This document shows positions 42,472-64,000 of a stretch of 64,000 nucleotides of DNA, piece after piece. The position numbers and the translations under genes were made by a program. Source of the DNA: the human T2T-CHM13v2.0 reference genome, Homo sapiens; assembly GCF_009914755.1 (NCBI RefSeq), contig NC_060933.1, one strand, 5' to 3'. Below the pieces are notes generated by a model that saw only the letters and a list, made by a program, of their open reading frames with translations, had not been told where the DNA came from and did not search any database. The stretch's first letter is position 1, and each line of letters starts with the position of its first letter.

Positions 42472-42644
42472 GTCGCTGGGACAACAGGCATGTGTCACCA
42501 CACCCAGCCTTCTTTAATTTGTAAGATGAACACATATTATTAGTTTATTAACGAAAAAACTATAGAGCACTCTTGAAAAATGTTCACACTTCATTCACCT
42601 TTCTTCAAAATACATAAACAAAACAAAATTTAAAAGATATAACA

Positions 42645-44640
<1,996 letters not shown>

Positions 44641-44669
44641 TGCCAACCTCAAAAACAGTAAGAAAGTGA

Positions 44670-45404
44670 CTTCTGCTTCCCAGTAAGATGGAGTAACAAG
44701 GCCCAGGATGACTGACATGACTGAAAAAATGGTGTGTAAACAATGGTTTTCAGACATTGGACATCAGGCAATGCAAGAAACTATTCCCTGAGTGGTGAGA
44801 AACAAACCAAGTGAACCCAGAACTGCCCAAGCTTATTGCCTGGAGAGATTTTCCAGGCTGCAGTTTAGGGTGAGGGAAACTAGATGAAGCCCAGCCCAGC
44901 TGAATTGAGATGGTGGAAGTTCAGGGAGGCCAAGGCAGCTAGAGTTCACAGGGCACAGTACTGGAGAGGAGAGAGTTGCAGAGACAGATAAATCTGGAGA
45001 TCTGTGAAAGATCCCTCTCCAGTCCTCAGCTAATTATTTATCAGCACATGAGTGATTAGAGGGAACAGTCCTGGGAGATCACACAGATCTGGTATGTGAA
45101 TAATTCATCTGCCCAACAGACAGACCAACTCACCGGACATTAAGTGGAGTACTCAGAAGAGTATTCTCTCAGTAGCGGGGCAAAATTAGCCCTTGACCAA
45201 ATCCTGTTTCAGTCCACTTAGCAAAGCTTAAAAGCAAGATCCAGAAGGATACAGACATTTCCAAGTAACTAACAGTGTCCCAGAACAAAGCTAGAGAATA
45301 ATTAAAAGAATATTAAAATATACAGCACTCAACAGGATAAAATTCACAATTTCTGGCATTTTATCAAAAAGTACCAGGCATGCAAAGAAGGAGGAAAACA
45401 TGAT
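44670..45404 (+). mobile_element. Old L1M 5'UTR/ORF1-proximal fragment
   Basis: cttctgcttcccagtaagatggagtaaca start; aaaattcacaatttctggcatt. Confidence 0.55.
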
Positions 45405-46365
<961 letters not shown>

Positions 46366-46379
46366 AATAAAAAAGTTAA

Positions 46380-49200
<2,821 letters not shown>

Positions 49201-49323
49201 CTTCGCATGGCATTTTGGTGTTCAGGTGACAGTTAAGACTGTCCAGTGAAATTTCTGTGATGATGGAAATTAAGGGGGTAGTTCAAGCAAGAAAGAGTAT
49301 AGGAATTCCAAGAGTGAACCTAA

Positions 49324-49715
<392 letters not shown>

Positions 49716-49944
49716 CCTGATATAGATAAAATTCTTAAATTCCACTTGTCTTTTAAAAAATAATTATTCCCAATTCTCACAAAGTTTTTGTCTTCATAGA
49801 CCAATCACCAATCCATACAGCTTCATTTCAGTGCCACAGCTAAGGATGTGAAGATACTGTTTATGCCACGACGTTTACTCAGCAATACAATTCACCAGTA
49901 CTTAAAGGAAAGTTGCTACTTCCACCCACCATTAATAACTCACT

Positions 49945-50143
49945 TTTTTTCTTTATCGTCCCACTTTTTTTATTTACTTTTAAAAAATGTTTTAAATTTT
50001 AATATATTTAAGAGATACAAGTACAGATTTCTTACAGGCTTGTACTGCATTATGGTGAAGTCTGGGCTGCTAGTGGACCCATCACCCAAATAGTGAACAT
50101 TGTCCCCAATAGCTAATCTACAACCCTTACCCCACTTCCACCT
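49945..50143 (-). mobile_element. Short L1PB/L1MA 3' end insertion
   Basis: TSD aataactcactt on both sides; T-rich tail; cccatcacccaaatagtgaacattgt. Confidence 0.75.
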
Positions 50144-50586
50144 AAATAACTCACTTCTGGTCCACTCTTTTCAACCTTGTGTTCACTACTTAGCCTATGT
50201 TGGTTTCAAATTTCCCAACCACCAACGTTGATCCTTGTTTCCAGTATTTGTCTTTGCTAGTGCTTTGGCCTCAGTGCTCAATCCTGTTTTTCCAGCTGCA
50301 AACTCAACTTTATAGTCAATTTCTCCACCTCGCTGTGTAGTCATAGGAAAACACCCTTCCTACTTTGGATGGGTCTGAGAACCACCTATCTCAGGGCCCC
50401 CTTTACCTGTGATCATCCCACCAGGCTGGCTTCAGTTTCTTAAGAAGGTCAGAGAGAGCAAGAAAGGGAATCTAGACCAAAGCCTAGGACACCTGAGAGG
50501 AAACACTGAAGGACAGATTTTGGGAGGAAGATAATGAGTTCAGTTTTAGGTGTGTTCTTTTAAAAATGTTTCTGTACCATTCAAGT

Positions 50587-52300
<1,714 letters not shown>

Positions 52301-52317
52301 TGATCATGACATATCAT

Positions 52318-53065
52318 AAGATACTTGAAGAGATTTATTCTGAGCCAAATATGAGTGACCACGGCCCATGACACAGCCCTCAGGAGGTCCTGAGAACATG
52401 GGCCCAAGGTGGTCAAGGTGCAACATGGTTTTATACATTTTAGGGAGGCATGAGACATCAACCAAATACATTTAAGTATTACATTGGTTTGGTCCAGAAA
52501 GGCAAGACAACTCAAAGGGGGTGGCGGACAGTGGGGGAGTTCTAGTTAAACATTTTCTGGTTGACAATTGGTCGAGTTTGTCTAAAGACCTGGGATCAAT
52601 AGAAAGGAAATGTTCAGCTTAAGATAAAAGATTGCGGAGACCAAGGTTCTTTTGAAGTCTCATAGTGGCTGCCTTTAGAGACAACAGATGACAAATGTTT
52701 CCTGTTCAGACCTTTAAGTGGTGCTAGACTCTCAGTTAATCTCTTCAGGACTGGGAGGGCCTAGAAGAAAAAGATCTGGCTATGTTAATAGAGATTCTTT
52801 ACAGATGCAAATTTTCCCCCACAAAGGGCAGCTTTGCAGGGCCATTTCAAAATGTGGCAAAGAAACACGTTTTCAGGTAAAATATTTTGATTTTCTTCTT
52901 TGTCACGTAATATTATGCCAAAGTCAGATTGGAAAGTAGTAACAATATATAGGTCTAAACAAAACTCATCTGATGAGAATTTATGGTTTGTAGGGCATGA
53001 CTCCCCAAACCCCTTAGATAGGGAATTTGGGCAAGATAAGAAAAACAATCTGAGCTTAGTCCTCA
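52318..53065 (-). mobile_element. MER4-group LTR (MER4D/E-like) missing a few terminal bases
   Basis: Reverse complement begins TGAGGACTAAGCTCAGA; gaagagatttattctgagccaaatatgagtgac. Confidence 0.83.
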
Positions 53066-53384
53066 GTTTGGATAAGAAAAACAGGACACTTTTGCCATAA
53101 TAGGAAGAAGCGAAAGATAAGTTTTAGAGATGTTGCTCCTAAGAAGCAAGCATGGTTTCACACCCTTTACTAAATGAAGTTAAGGGTTGATGTTTCACTT
53201 TTATTAGGAAATGTCCTAAGTTGGCTAAACATACGTTTGACAAGCTAAGTCAAACTCAAATTTCTCCTGACTTGCTTTCAGGTTTACAGGCACAATGAGT
53301 ACAGGGCTCACACCATTAGTACTCAACAGACATTTAATCTTGCATTTGGGAAGCTCCTGGTTAGTAATTACAGAATGAATGAAA

Positions 53385-54400
53385 GAATAAATCTGTACAA
53401 CAAACCCCCAGGACACAAGTTTACCTATGTAACAAATCTGCCCTTGTACCCCTGTAAATCAAAAATAAAATTCTAAGACCCTTCCCTCGCCCCAGCCATC
53501 TGAATGCACTACCTCCTCCGCGTGAAAATTTAACCTGAAGGACTGGCTCAGGCCATGGCTGGAAGTGAGGGTCAGACAAGCCTCATTATACCTCCCTGGC
53601 ATTAACATCAACACAGGCCTTAAGTCTGATAAGAAGCATTTGCAATCTATTCTCTCTGGAGCCTGCTACCTGAAGGCTTCGTCTGCACAATAAAAACTTT
53701 GGTCTCCACAATTCCTCATCTTTTTTTTTTTTCGTTTCGCTCTTTTTGCTGAGGCTGGAGTGTAATGGCGCGATCTCGGCTCACCGCAGCCTCCGCCTCC
53801 CAGGCTCAAGCGAATCTCCTGCCTCAGCCTCTTGAGTAGCTAAGATTATAGGCATGCACCACCATGTCCAGCTAATTTTGTATTTTCAGTAGAGACAGGG
53901 TTTCTCCATGTTGGTCAGGCTGGTCTCGAACTCCCAAGGTGATCCGCCCACCTCGGCCTCTCAAAGTGCTGGGATTACAGGCGTGAGCCACCGCGCCCAG
54001 CCCACAATTCTTTATTTTAACCAGAATATTTCCTTTCTATTGATCCCAGGTCTTTAGATAAACTTAACCAATTGTCAGCCAGAAAAATTTTAAATTTACC
54101 TGTAACCAGAAAGCCCCACCCTTCAAGTTGTCTCGCCTTTCTGAACTAAACCAATGTGTTACTTGAATGTATTTGATTGAAGTCTCATGTCTCCCTAAAA
54201 TGTATAAAACTGGGCAGTACCCCGACCACCTTGGACACATGTTCTCAGGACCTCCTGATGGCTGTGTTATGGGCCATCGTCACTCATATTTGGCTCAGAA
54301 TAAATCTCTTCAAATATTTTACAGAGTTTGACTCTTTTTGTCAATACCCCCGAACTTAAAATAAACGTTAAAAAAAAAAAGAAAAAAAGAAAAGAAAGGA
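53385..54400 (+). mobile_element. L1PA15/16-type 3' tip interrupted by a MER4-group LTR (53453-54346) that contains an Alu (-, 53720-54002)
   Basis: tgtacccc|tgtaaatcaaaaataaaattctaag...tgtcaata|cccccgaacttaaaataaa (TSD cccc); Alu TSD ccacaattc. Confidence 0.85.
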
Positions 54401-54801
54401 TAAATTAATGCAGAAAAAACACCTTTTAACTTGCCCAGGGAATATATGCACTAATGGCAGGAAGTCAAAAGATAAACCTTTCCAAATTAAAAAGATGTAC
54501 TGTAACCAACTCCACATGCTTATTTCTCTCATTATTACCTCTAAAAACTGAAGGAACCAGTGTTTTATTAACTGCCTAAAAGCCTTGAGGAGTCTTTTAA
54601 ATGTTAAAAGGCCAAGACCCATTAAGTATTAGTAGATCATTTCTTAATATAAACTAATAAGTAACACAATGCAATAGGACTATCTACTGAACTTAATAGC
54701 CATGCTAACACTTTGCTACTTGGTTCACCTGCGAAAAATCCAGGAATATAATGTAAAATTAGTTACAGAGGGATTTTTATTTAGTCATTTTTCTTCTTCC
54801 T

Positions 54802-56640
54802 CTTTTTTTTTTTTTTTTTTTTTGAGACCAGTCTCACTCTGTCATCCAGGCTGCAGTTGCGGTGGTAAAACCATAGCTCACTGCCGCCTCCACTGGGCCC
54901 AGGTGATCTTTTTGCCTCAGCCTGGCAATTAGCTGGGACTACAGGCATTGCGCCACCATGCTCAACTAATGCAGAAGGATTTTAAAACAAACTTTTTCAT
55001 ATTTTTTTGCTCTGACTATGTCCTTTAGTTACTCTCTAGTTTGGTTCAGATTCTCCCAGTCATTGGTCTCATACAGCCAAATAGAGCAAGAACTTAACTT
55101 ACAAGGTAATAAGAGGTCATATTCAACAGAAAACCCAATCCACCTGTTCTCAGTTGACCTAGGTTGCTACTATGGAAACAGATAAACCCACAGATACAAA
55201 TAAACCACTGTGCTCTACTCAAGAATAAGAACCCCCCTACAATTCCTTTTGCTGAGACTCTTTTCTGATTTAATGTATTAAAATGTCACTATCAAGTGAA
55301 TGTAATGTTGTTCTTGTCTTATTAGCTTTTTAAAAATTAAAATAACAATTGTTCTTATTACAAAATCAATACTTTGCATTACAGAGAAATCTGAAAATGC
55401 AAGATATTCAAAGAAACGAAAATTACCGCAGGTAATTGGGCTTCCTGTTAATAGGTCAGTTGGGACTTCAGTGATTAAATAAAAAAAAAAAAGAGAGAAA
55501 AACATCTAGAGATAATTACTTTTACACTCAGTATATGTAAGTGATTTGCAAATTTTTCAAACTTGCAAAACTTCTTTAAATGAATCTTATGTAGGTTATC
55601 AATATGTAAAACATACAATTAGGAGGTGGATGCCTGAAAACGCAACAGTTTGGTCTGCAAACACCCGCCAAGTTGAGTCCCGAAGCACCTTCTTGGCACC
55701 TCACAGTTCTTCAGAATGAAGTTTAAAATCCACTGGGATCTATTATTCTAGAAATTTTTCCTATGAATAATATTCCTATGTATCACTTTATAAAAAGATC
55801 ATACAATGTATGCATTTTTACAGAGGGGAATACTATTTTCACTGCACAATATTACAAGTCATAAACAGCTTTCCCACATCAAGATATTCCCTTCTAAGGG
55901 TCACTAAGGGTAAACCTCTTTGTCCTTAGTCAGGTCATAATTTTTTTTTTTTTTTTTTGAGATAAGATCTCACTGTCACCCAGGCTGGAGCACAGTGAGG
56001 AGATCACAGCTCACTGCAGCCTCAACCTCCCGTGCTCAAGGGATCCTCCCACCTCAGCCTCCCCAGTAGTTTTTGTTTTGGGGGTTTTTTGTTGTGTTTT
56101 GTTTTCATTGCCCAGGCTGGAGTGCAGTGGCATGAACACCGCCCACCACAGCCTCAACCTCCTGGGCTCAAGTGATCCTCCTGTCTCAGCCTCCCAAGTA
56201 GCTGGAACTATGTGCTCATGCAGTCACGCCTGGCTAGTGGTTTTGTTTTTTGATTTTATGTTTTTTGTAGAGACGGTATCTCACCAAGTTGCCCTGGCTA
56301 CTTTCAAACTCCTGTGCTTAAGCAGTTCTCCCTCCTTGGCTTCTCAAAGTGCTGGAATTACAGTAGTCAGCCACCTCTTCTTGTCTAAATTTTTAACATT
56401 TAGTTTTAATAGTAAACACTGTTACTTGTTCATATGCCCTTCCTATCTCCTTGGTGGTTAGGGAAAGGCACTATTTTCATCCTTGCTTTAAAATTAACCT
56501 ATAAACTAAATTCCTCCCATAGTTAACATGGCCTATGTGCAGAGATAAGGAAGGAAGTTAACCTAAAATATATAATTGGGGAGGGTAGCATTAGGAGCAA
56601 AATGGAGTTAGTCATGATAGGCCTTTTTTTCACTGTTACA
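54802..56640 (-). mobile_element. AluJ fragments (54802-54970; 55940-56070; 56090-56375) and a MER4-group LTR fragment (56460-56640)
   Basis: Alu consensus; ctataaactaaattcctcccatagtta. Confidence 0.75.
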
Positions 56641-57017
56641 ATAACAAATTGTTTCAGCATCATTTATGAAACAATCCACCAATCAATTTACAACACTAAC
56701 CCTATCACATATAATATTTTCATGCATGTGGATCTGTTTCTAGGCTTTTCCCCATTATTTTAGTCTGTATAATATTGTGCCAATATTATACTTTCTTGAT
56801 TACTATAGCTTTGAAATAAAACTTGACATCTTGAACTTGGGAGGACAAGTTATCCCATCTTCTTCAAAGATCATTTTGCAAAATTTTGATAGGAAATCAA
56901 CTGCTCTACTCAGATTCCAGTCTGGAGTTTTGCATTGCATCAAGTGTTGTGAATTGTTTCTACAGAATGTAAGAGAATTGCCTCTTTATTGTCACTGAAT
57001 GTAATGTTTATAGATAA

Positions 57018-57800
<783 letters not shown>

Positions 57801-58542
57801 GATGGGGTTTCACCATGTTGGTCAGGCTGGTCTTGAACTCCAGACCTTGTGATCTGCCCGTCTCAGCCTCCCAAAGTGCTGGCATTACAGGCATGAGCCA
57901 CCGCGCCCGGCCACACTAAAGACATTTTTAAATTTATTTTTTGCATGAGTTATTCACGTGGTTCAAAAACCAGGAAATATTAAAAGGCATACAGCCTCCC
58001 TTCTATATTTGTCCCCATTTGCTCAGTTCCCTCACCTCCATAGGTCATTCCTTTTCTTAGTTTCTTATGTATCTTTCCAGACTTTCTTTATGCATATATA
58101 AGCAAACATAAATATAAACCCTTATTTTTCACAATTTTTTCCAAAAACGTGTTCTCCATCTTGTCTTTTTCATGTACAATATATTTTAAGGCTTTTGCAT
58201 AACAGCACATAGGCGGCTTCTAAACTTTTTTTTATTTCATTTTATTTGACATATGTATATAGGTATTTAATGAATCTGCCACTGATAGACCTTTGGTTGT
58301 TTTCTACCCTTTGCTTTTGCAAGTAATGCTGCAATAAGTAACCTCGTACAGATACTTTTTTAAACATATGTAAGAATATCTGTCTCATATATTGCTAGAA
58401 GTGAAATTTCTGGGTGAAGGGCTGTGCTGGTAATTTTGATAGCTATTACCAAATTCTACCCATAGACATTTTACCAGTTGGACTCCCACCAGCAACATAC
58501 AAGAATGTCCAGTTCCACACAGACGCATCCATAGAATGTCAT

Positions 58543-60133
58543 TGCTGGTGCTCAGAAAACAATACACCAAAATGAAGGCCTCAAAAGCAAAAGTTCTTTT
58601 CTGACCTTCTCCTACCCTCCTATCTCTCAGTCCCATTCTCCCTCAAGACTAGAATTCTAGAAAACTAGAATTCTAGAAACTAGAATCCTTCTTCCCCAAG
58701 GTGGGCCATAGAAACCAGTACCCCTTTTCCCCATAGAAACCAGAACCCTTTTTCCCCAATCAGCCATAAAACCTAAAAATCTTACTCTAAGTTTCCATCT
58801 GCCTTTCTTTCTAAAATCTGGCCATAAAAAAAATTATCTGACCTACCTTGTTTGACTGTAGGCCCAAAGGCCCCCAATCCAGAGAGATCTTTCCCCATAC
58901 TCAGAAGGAAGGAATGCATGCTCAGGAAGGCCGAGAAGAATCTAGACAGAGAGGCCTTGCTGGGTTTCCCCACTCATTCTATTAGCATTAGATTAGACCC
59001 TTTTTGTCCAATCATTTTTCTACATGGCCGATCATACATTGTTGAACCTAAGCATAAAAATGGGCAGTTTCTCCTCTTTTCTAGCTAGAACCATAGAGGG
59101 TGTCGAAGAGAAGCAGCAGCAGCTTCCCGCTGTGTCAGAAACTTAAGAAAAAACAAAGGAATTTCGCAGAACTGAAGATCAAGCGCCTGAGAAAGAAGTT
59201 TGCCCAAAAGATATTTTGAAAGGCAAAAAGGAAGCTTATCTATGAAAAAGTGAAGCACTATCACAAGGAATATAGGCAGATGTACAGAACTGAAATTCGA
59301 ATGGTGAGGATGGCAAGAAAAGCTGGCAACGTCTATGTGCCTGCAGAACCCAAATTGGTGTTTGTCATCAGATTCAGAGGTATCAAAGGTGTGAGCACAA
59401 AGGTCCGAAAGGTGTTGCAGCTTCTTTGCCTTCATCAAATCTTCAATGGAACCTTTGTGAAGCTCAACAGGGCTTCAACTAACATGCTGTGGATTGTAGA
59501 GCCATACATTGCATGGAGGTACCCAAATCTGAAGTCAGTAAATGAACTAATCTACCAGCGTGGTTATGGCAAAATCAGTAAGAAGCAAATTGCTTTGATA
59601 GAAAACGCTTTGATTGCTCAATCTCTTGGTAAATATGGCACCATCTGCCTGGAGGATCTGATTCATGAGACCTATACTGTTGGAAAATGCTTCAAAGAAG
59701 CAAATAGCTTCCTGTGGCCCTTCAAATTATCTTCTCCAAGAAGTGGAATGAAGAAACTGACCATCTATTTTGTAGAAGGTGGAGATGCTGGCAACAGGGA
59801 GGACCAGATTAACAGGCTTCTTAGAAGAATGAACTAAGGTGTCTACCATGATTATTTTTCTAATCAGGTCAGTTAATAAACAGTACTTGCTCTCAAACTG
59901 AAGAAAACAAATGAACAATTTCCCCTGTATTTTTTTTTTTTTTTGAGACGAAGTCTCACTCTGCTGCCCAGGCTAGAGTGCAGTGGCGCCATCTCTGCTC
60001 ACTGCAAGCTCCACCTCCCGGGTTCAAGCTCCCATATAAACATGTTAAATACATTTGCACGCCTTTTATCCAAATAATCTGCCTTTTGCAAGTTAATTTT
60101 TCAGCGAAACTTCAGAGGGCTCTTGGCCCCTAA
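58543..60133 (+). mobile_element. MER39-like ERV1 LTR, within L1ME-like sequence, split by the RPL7 retrocopy and an Alu fragment (59930-60030)
   Basis: tgctggtgctcagaaaacaatacaccaaaatgaaggcctc start; aaacttcagagggc...ttggcccct end. Confidence 0.72.
59073..59905 (+). pseudogene. RPL7P33: RPL7 (ribosomal protein uL30) processed pseudogene, probably RPL7P33
   Basis: Intronless; ORF 59250-59837 resembles RPL7 from [16 protein letters not shown] to [15 protein letters not shown]. Start codon is ATA (59093), frameshift near 59141, in-frame TGA 59217. 5' pyrimidine tract, AATAAA 59875, TSD aaatgggcagtttc/aaatgaacaatttc. The pseudogene number is recalled from the locus and not verified. Confidence 0.93.
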
Positions 60134-60139
60134 ATTGTC

Positions 60140-60840
60140 CAATCTTAGGATTTTTGCCAACCTTCCAGGTGTACACATTCTTTACTCATTACTTAGCTGT
60201 TGTTCTTACAGAGACTGAATATGAGTTGCAAATGTGATTCCCCAGTTCTTTTTATTTTATATACTTCTTTTCCCCGCCTTTTCGTTTTATTTTTGTGCTA
60301 GTTTCTGTTTTATATAGTCAAATTTATCAAGCTTTTCTTTTGTGACTTTAGGATTTTAAGGCATAGTTGCAAAGGTCTTCCTAACTGCAAGATTTTAAAG
60401 GTATTTCTTCTGCTTCTTTCAAGAACTTTTAAGTTTACAATAATAACTTATGCAAGTAGTGATAGTTTTACCTTCTCCTTTCACAATTTTTATACTCCTA
60501 GTCTCTGTCTCTTGTCTAATTGCATTGGCTAAAACCTTCAGCACCTTGTGAAATAATAGCAGTGACAACGGACATCTTTTATCTTATTCCTCACTTTATT
60601 GGAAATGTTTATAAATTCTGGCATTAAGCATGATGTTGAGCTGAGATCAATTTATCTTATCATGTTAAGGAAATATCCATCTATATCTACCTAAGTCAAT
60701 ATTTTTATCAAGCATGGTTGTCAAATTTGGCCAAATGTATTTTCAGCATCTATGGAGACCATTTTATGATTTTTCTTCAGATCTACCCATATGATCAGAT
60801 ATATTAATATATTTCCAATATCAAAATATCTAGACTAAAC
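60140..60840 (-). mobile_element. L1ME-like fragments
   Basis: tcttgtctaattgcattggctaaaacc; tgttaaggaaatatccatct. Confidence 0.65.
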
Positions 60841-60899
60841 CTCAGCGCACATTTCATTTCTTCATGCTTTCTGGCCATCTTCTTTTTCTCACCATCTCC

Positions 60900-61431
<532 letters not shown>

Positions 61432-61900
61432 GAGATGCTCATATAATTATTTTCATGTTGTTAATGATATGGGGAGGGTAGTAAACAGTAGAGAACTTTT
61501 GCTTTCTCTTACAAATGGAAATAAACTTTTTCCTTACTATAAAGTAAAACAGTTTAATTTTTTAAATGCAGACAGTATAAAAAGTGTTGACTCTGTAACC
61601 CCACCATGAATAAAGAAGTTATTGCTACTTATAAAACTTTTGTTCTAGGTTTCCAAGTTTTTTTTCTACCCTCATCTCTACTCAAAGTTTTGTTCTAAGT
61701 ATATACAGTCATCTGTTGGTATCAGTGGGGCTTTGGGTCCAGGACCTTCTCAGACATCAAAATACACAGATGCTTATGTTCCTGATATAAAATGATATAA
61801 AATGGCTTAGTATTTGCGCGTAACCTATGCACATCCTCTCGTATACTTTAAATCATCTCTAGATTACTTATAATAACTGATGCAATGTAGAGTTGTGTAA

Positions 61901-62200
<300 letters not shown>

Positions 62201-62299
62201 TGAGCCATTGTGCCTGGCCAATATACCTTATTGTTTGGGGAATAATAACAAGAAAGAAACATCTGTGATGGGCATGGTGGCTCATGCCTGTAATCCTAG

Positions 62300-63641
62300 T
62301 GTGTCCAGAATTGGTGGGTTCTTGGTCTCGCTGACTTCAAGAATGAAGCTGTGGACCCTTACCATACATAAAGATGGTATGTCCAGAGTTTGTTCCTTCA
62401 GATGTTCAGATGTGTCCGGAGTTTCTTCCTTCTGGTGGGTTCGTGGTCTCACTGACTTCAGGAGTGAAGCTGCAGACCTTTGCAGTGAGTGTTACAGCTC
62501 TTAAAGGCAGTGCATCTGGAGTTGTTTTTTCCTTCCCATGGGTTCATGGTCTCGCCAGCCTCAGAAGTGAAGCTGCAGACCTTCGCGGTGAGTATCACAG
62601 TTCATAAAGGTGGCCCATAGGGAGTTGTTGGTTCCTCCCGTCCGGAGTTGTTCGTCCCTCCCAGTGGGTTCGTGGTCTCGCTGGCTTCAAGAGCAAAGCT
62701 GCAGACCTTCACCGTAAAGTGTTACATCTCATAAAGGCGGCGTGGACCCAAAGAGTTAGCAGCAGCAAGATTTATTGCGAAAGGCCAAAGAACAAACCTT
62801 CCACAGCGTGGGAGAAGACCTGAGAGTGTTGCTGCTGCTGGTTAGGGTGGCCTGCTTTTATTCCCTTATTTGGCCCCACCCACATCCTGCTGATTGGTCC
62901 ATTTTACAGAGAGCTGATTGGTCCATTTTACAGAGAGCTTATTTGTCCGTTTTGACAGAGTGCTGACTGGTGTGTTTACAATCCTTTAGCTAGACAGAAA
63001 AGTTCTCCAAGTCCCCACCGATTAGCTAGGCACAGAGTGCTGACTGGTGCATTTACAAACCTTTAGCTAGACGCAGAGTGCTGACTGGTGCATTTACAAA
63101 CCTTTAGCTAGACAGAAAAGTTCTCCAAGTCCCCACCCGATTAGCTAGGCACAGAGCGCTCATTGGTGCATTTACAATCCTTTAGCTAGACAGAAAAGTT
63201 CTCCAAGTCCCCACCCGATTAGCTAGGCACACAGTGCTGATTGGTGATTTACAAACCTTTAGCTAGACACAGAGTGCTGATTGGTGCGTTTACAAACCTT
63301 TAGCTAGACAGAAAAGTTCTCCAAGTCCCCACCCAATTAGCTAGACACAGAGGGCTCATTGGTGCATTTACAAACCTTTAGCTAGACAGAAAAGTTCTCC
63401 AAGTCCCCACCCGATTAGCTAGGCACACAGTGCTGATTGGTGATTTACAAACCTTTAGCTAGACACAGAGTGCTGATTGGTGCGTTTACAAACCTTTAGC
63501 TAGACAGAAAAGTTCTCCAAGTCCCCACCCAATTAGCTAGACACAGAGCGCTCATTGGTGCATTTACAAACCTTTAGCTAGACAGAAAAGTTCTCCAAGT
63601 CCCCACCGGACCCAGAAGCCCAGCCAGCTTCACCTCAGACA
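62300..63641 (-). mobile_element. LTR12 (ERV9) solo LTR inserted into an Alu head
   Basis: tgtgtccagaattggtgggttcttggtctc end; gaagctgcagacctt U5 repeats; ATTGG (CCAAT) tandem U3 repeats; TSD ctag/ccag. Confidence 0.93.
62950..63610 (-). repeat. LTR12 U3 tandem enhancer repeats with a 196-bp higher-order period
   Basis: cattgg variant at 63161, 63357 and 63553; ggtgatttac variant at 63243 and 63439. Confidence 0.9.
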
Positions 63642-63733
63642 CCAGCACTTTGGGAGGCCGATGCAGGTGGATCACCTGAGGTCGGGGGGTTCAAGACCAG
63701 CCTGACCAACATGGAGAAACCCCGTCTCTACTA

Positions 63734-63895
<162 letters not shown>

Positions 63896-64000
63896 TCAAA
63901 ACAAAAACAAAAACAAAAACAAAAATTCCATCTGTACAATATGTACAGACGGTTTTTTGTTTTGAATATTTTCTATCTGTGCTTTGTTGAATCCATGGAT

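Noticed and set aside
55163-55179. RFX X-box-like gttgctactatggaaac with nearby AGGTCA/TGACCT half-sites
   Set aside because: Spacer is longer than canonical and the half-sites are not in a standard arrangement
58646-58757. Short tandem duplications (actagaattctagaaa; ccatagaaaccag)
   Set aside because: Small slippage repeats within an LTR with no sign of function
62950-63610. Regular repeats superficially like a CRISPR array
   Set aside because: No unique spacers or cas genes; these are LTR12 U3 tandem repeats in primate DNA

Overview
Primate (very likely human) genomic DNA, about 60-70% interspersed repeat by eye. The only supported protein-coding sequence is the first coding exon of TTC39B on the minus strand (CDS 5021->4782, 80 codons, MDAVLACRL...AELEADE, GT donor at 4781), inside a CpG island (~3980-5480). 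Bases 1-4781 are its intron 1 and ~5.1-64 kb is upstream intergenic DNA. That region holds a full-length RPL7 processed pseudogene (59073-59905), about 60 Alus, a 5'-truncated Tigger1, old L1M fragments, a young L1PA2-type 3' end, one complete and one truncated THE1, and many solo LTRs (LTR8, MST, MLT, MER4-group, MER9, LTR15-like, LTR12), often nested several layers deep. Nearly all ORFs in the supplied track are repeat translations. I found no new protein-coding system, RNA gene or CRISPR-type array. The best observations are structural or regulatory: two local templated duplications (14467-14752 copying 15837-16574 with an internal deletion; a chimeric Alu plus L1 flank at 51915-52310 copying ~37160-37320), an RPL7 retrocopy just downstream of an LTR's CCAAT/TATA-like boxes, and an LTR12 with a 196-bp higher-order CCAAT repeat oriented the same way as TTC39B. 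Repeat subfamily names come from recalled consensus features and need RepeatMasker/Dfam confirmation. Boundaries without stated target-site duplications (TSDs) are approximate.
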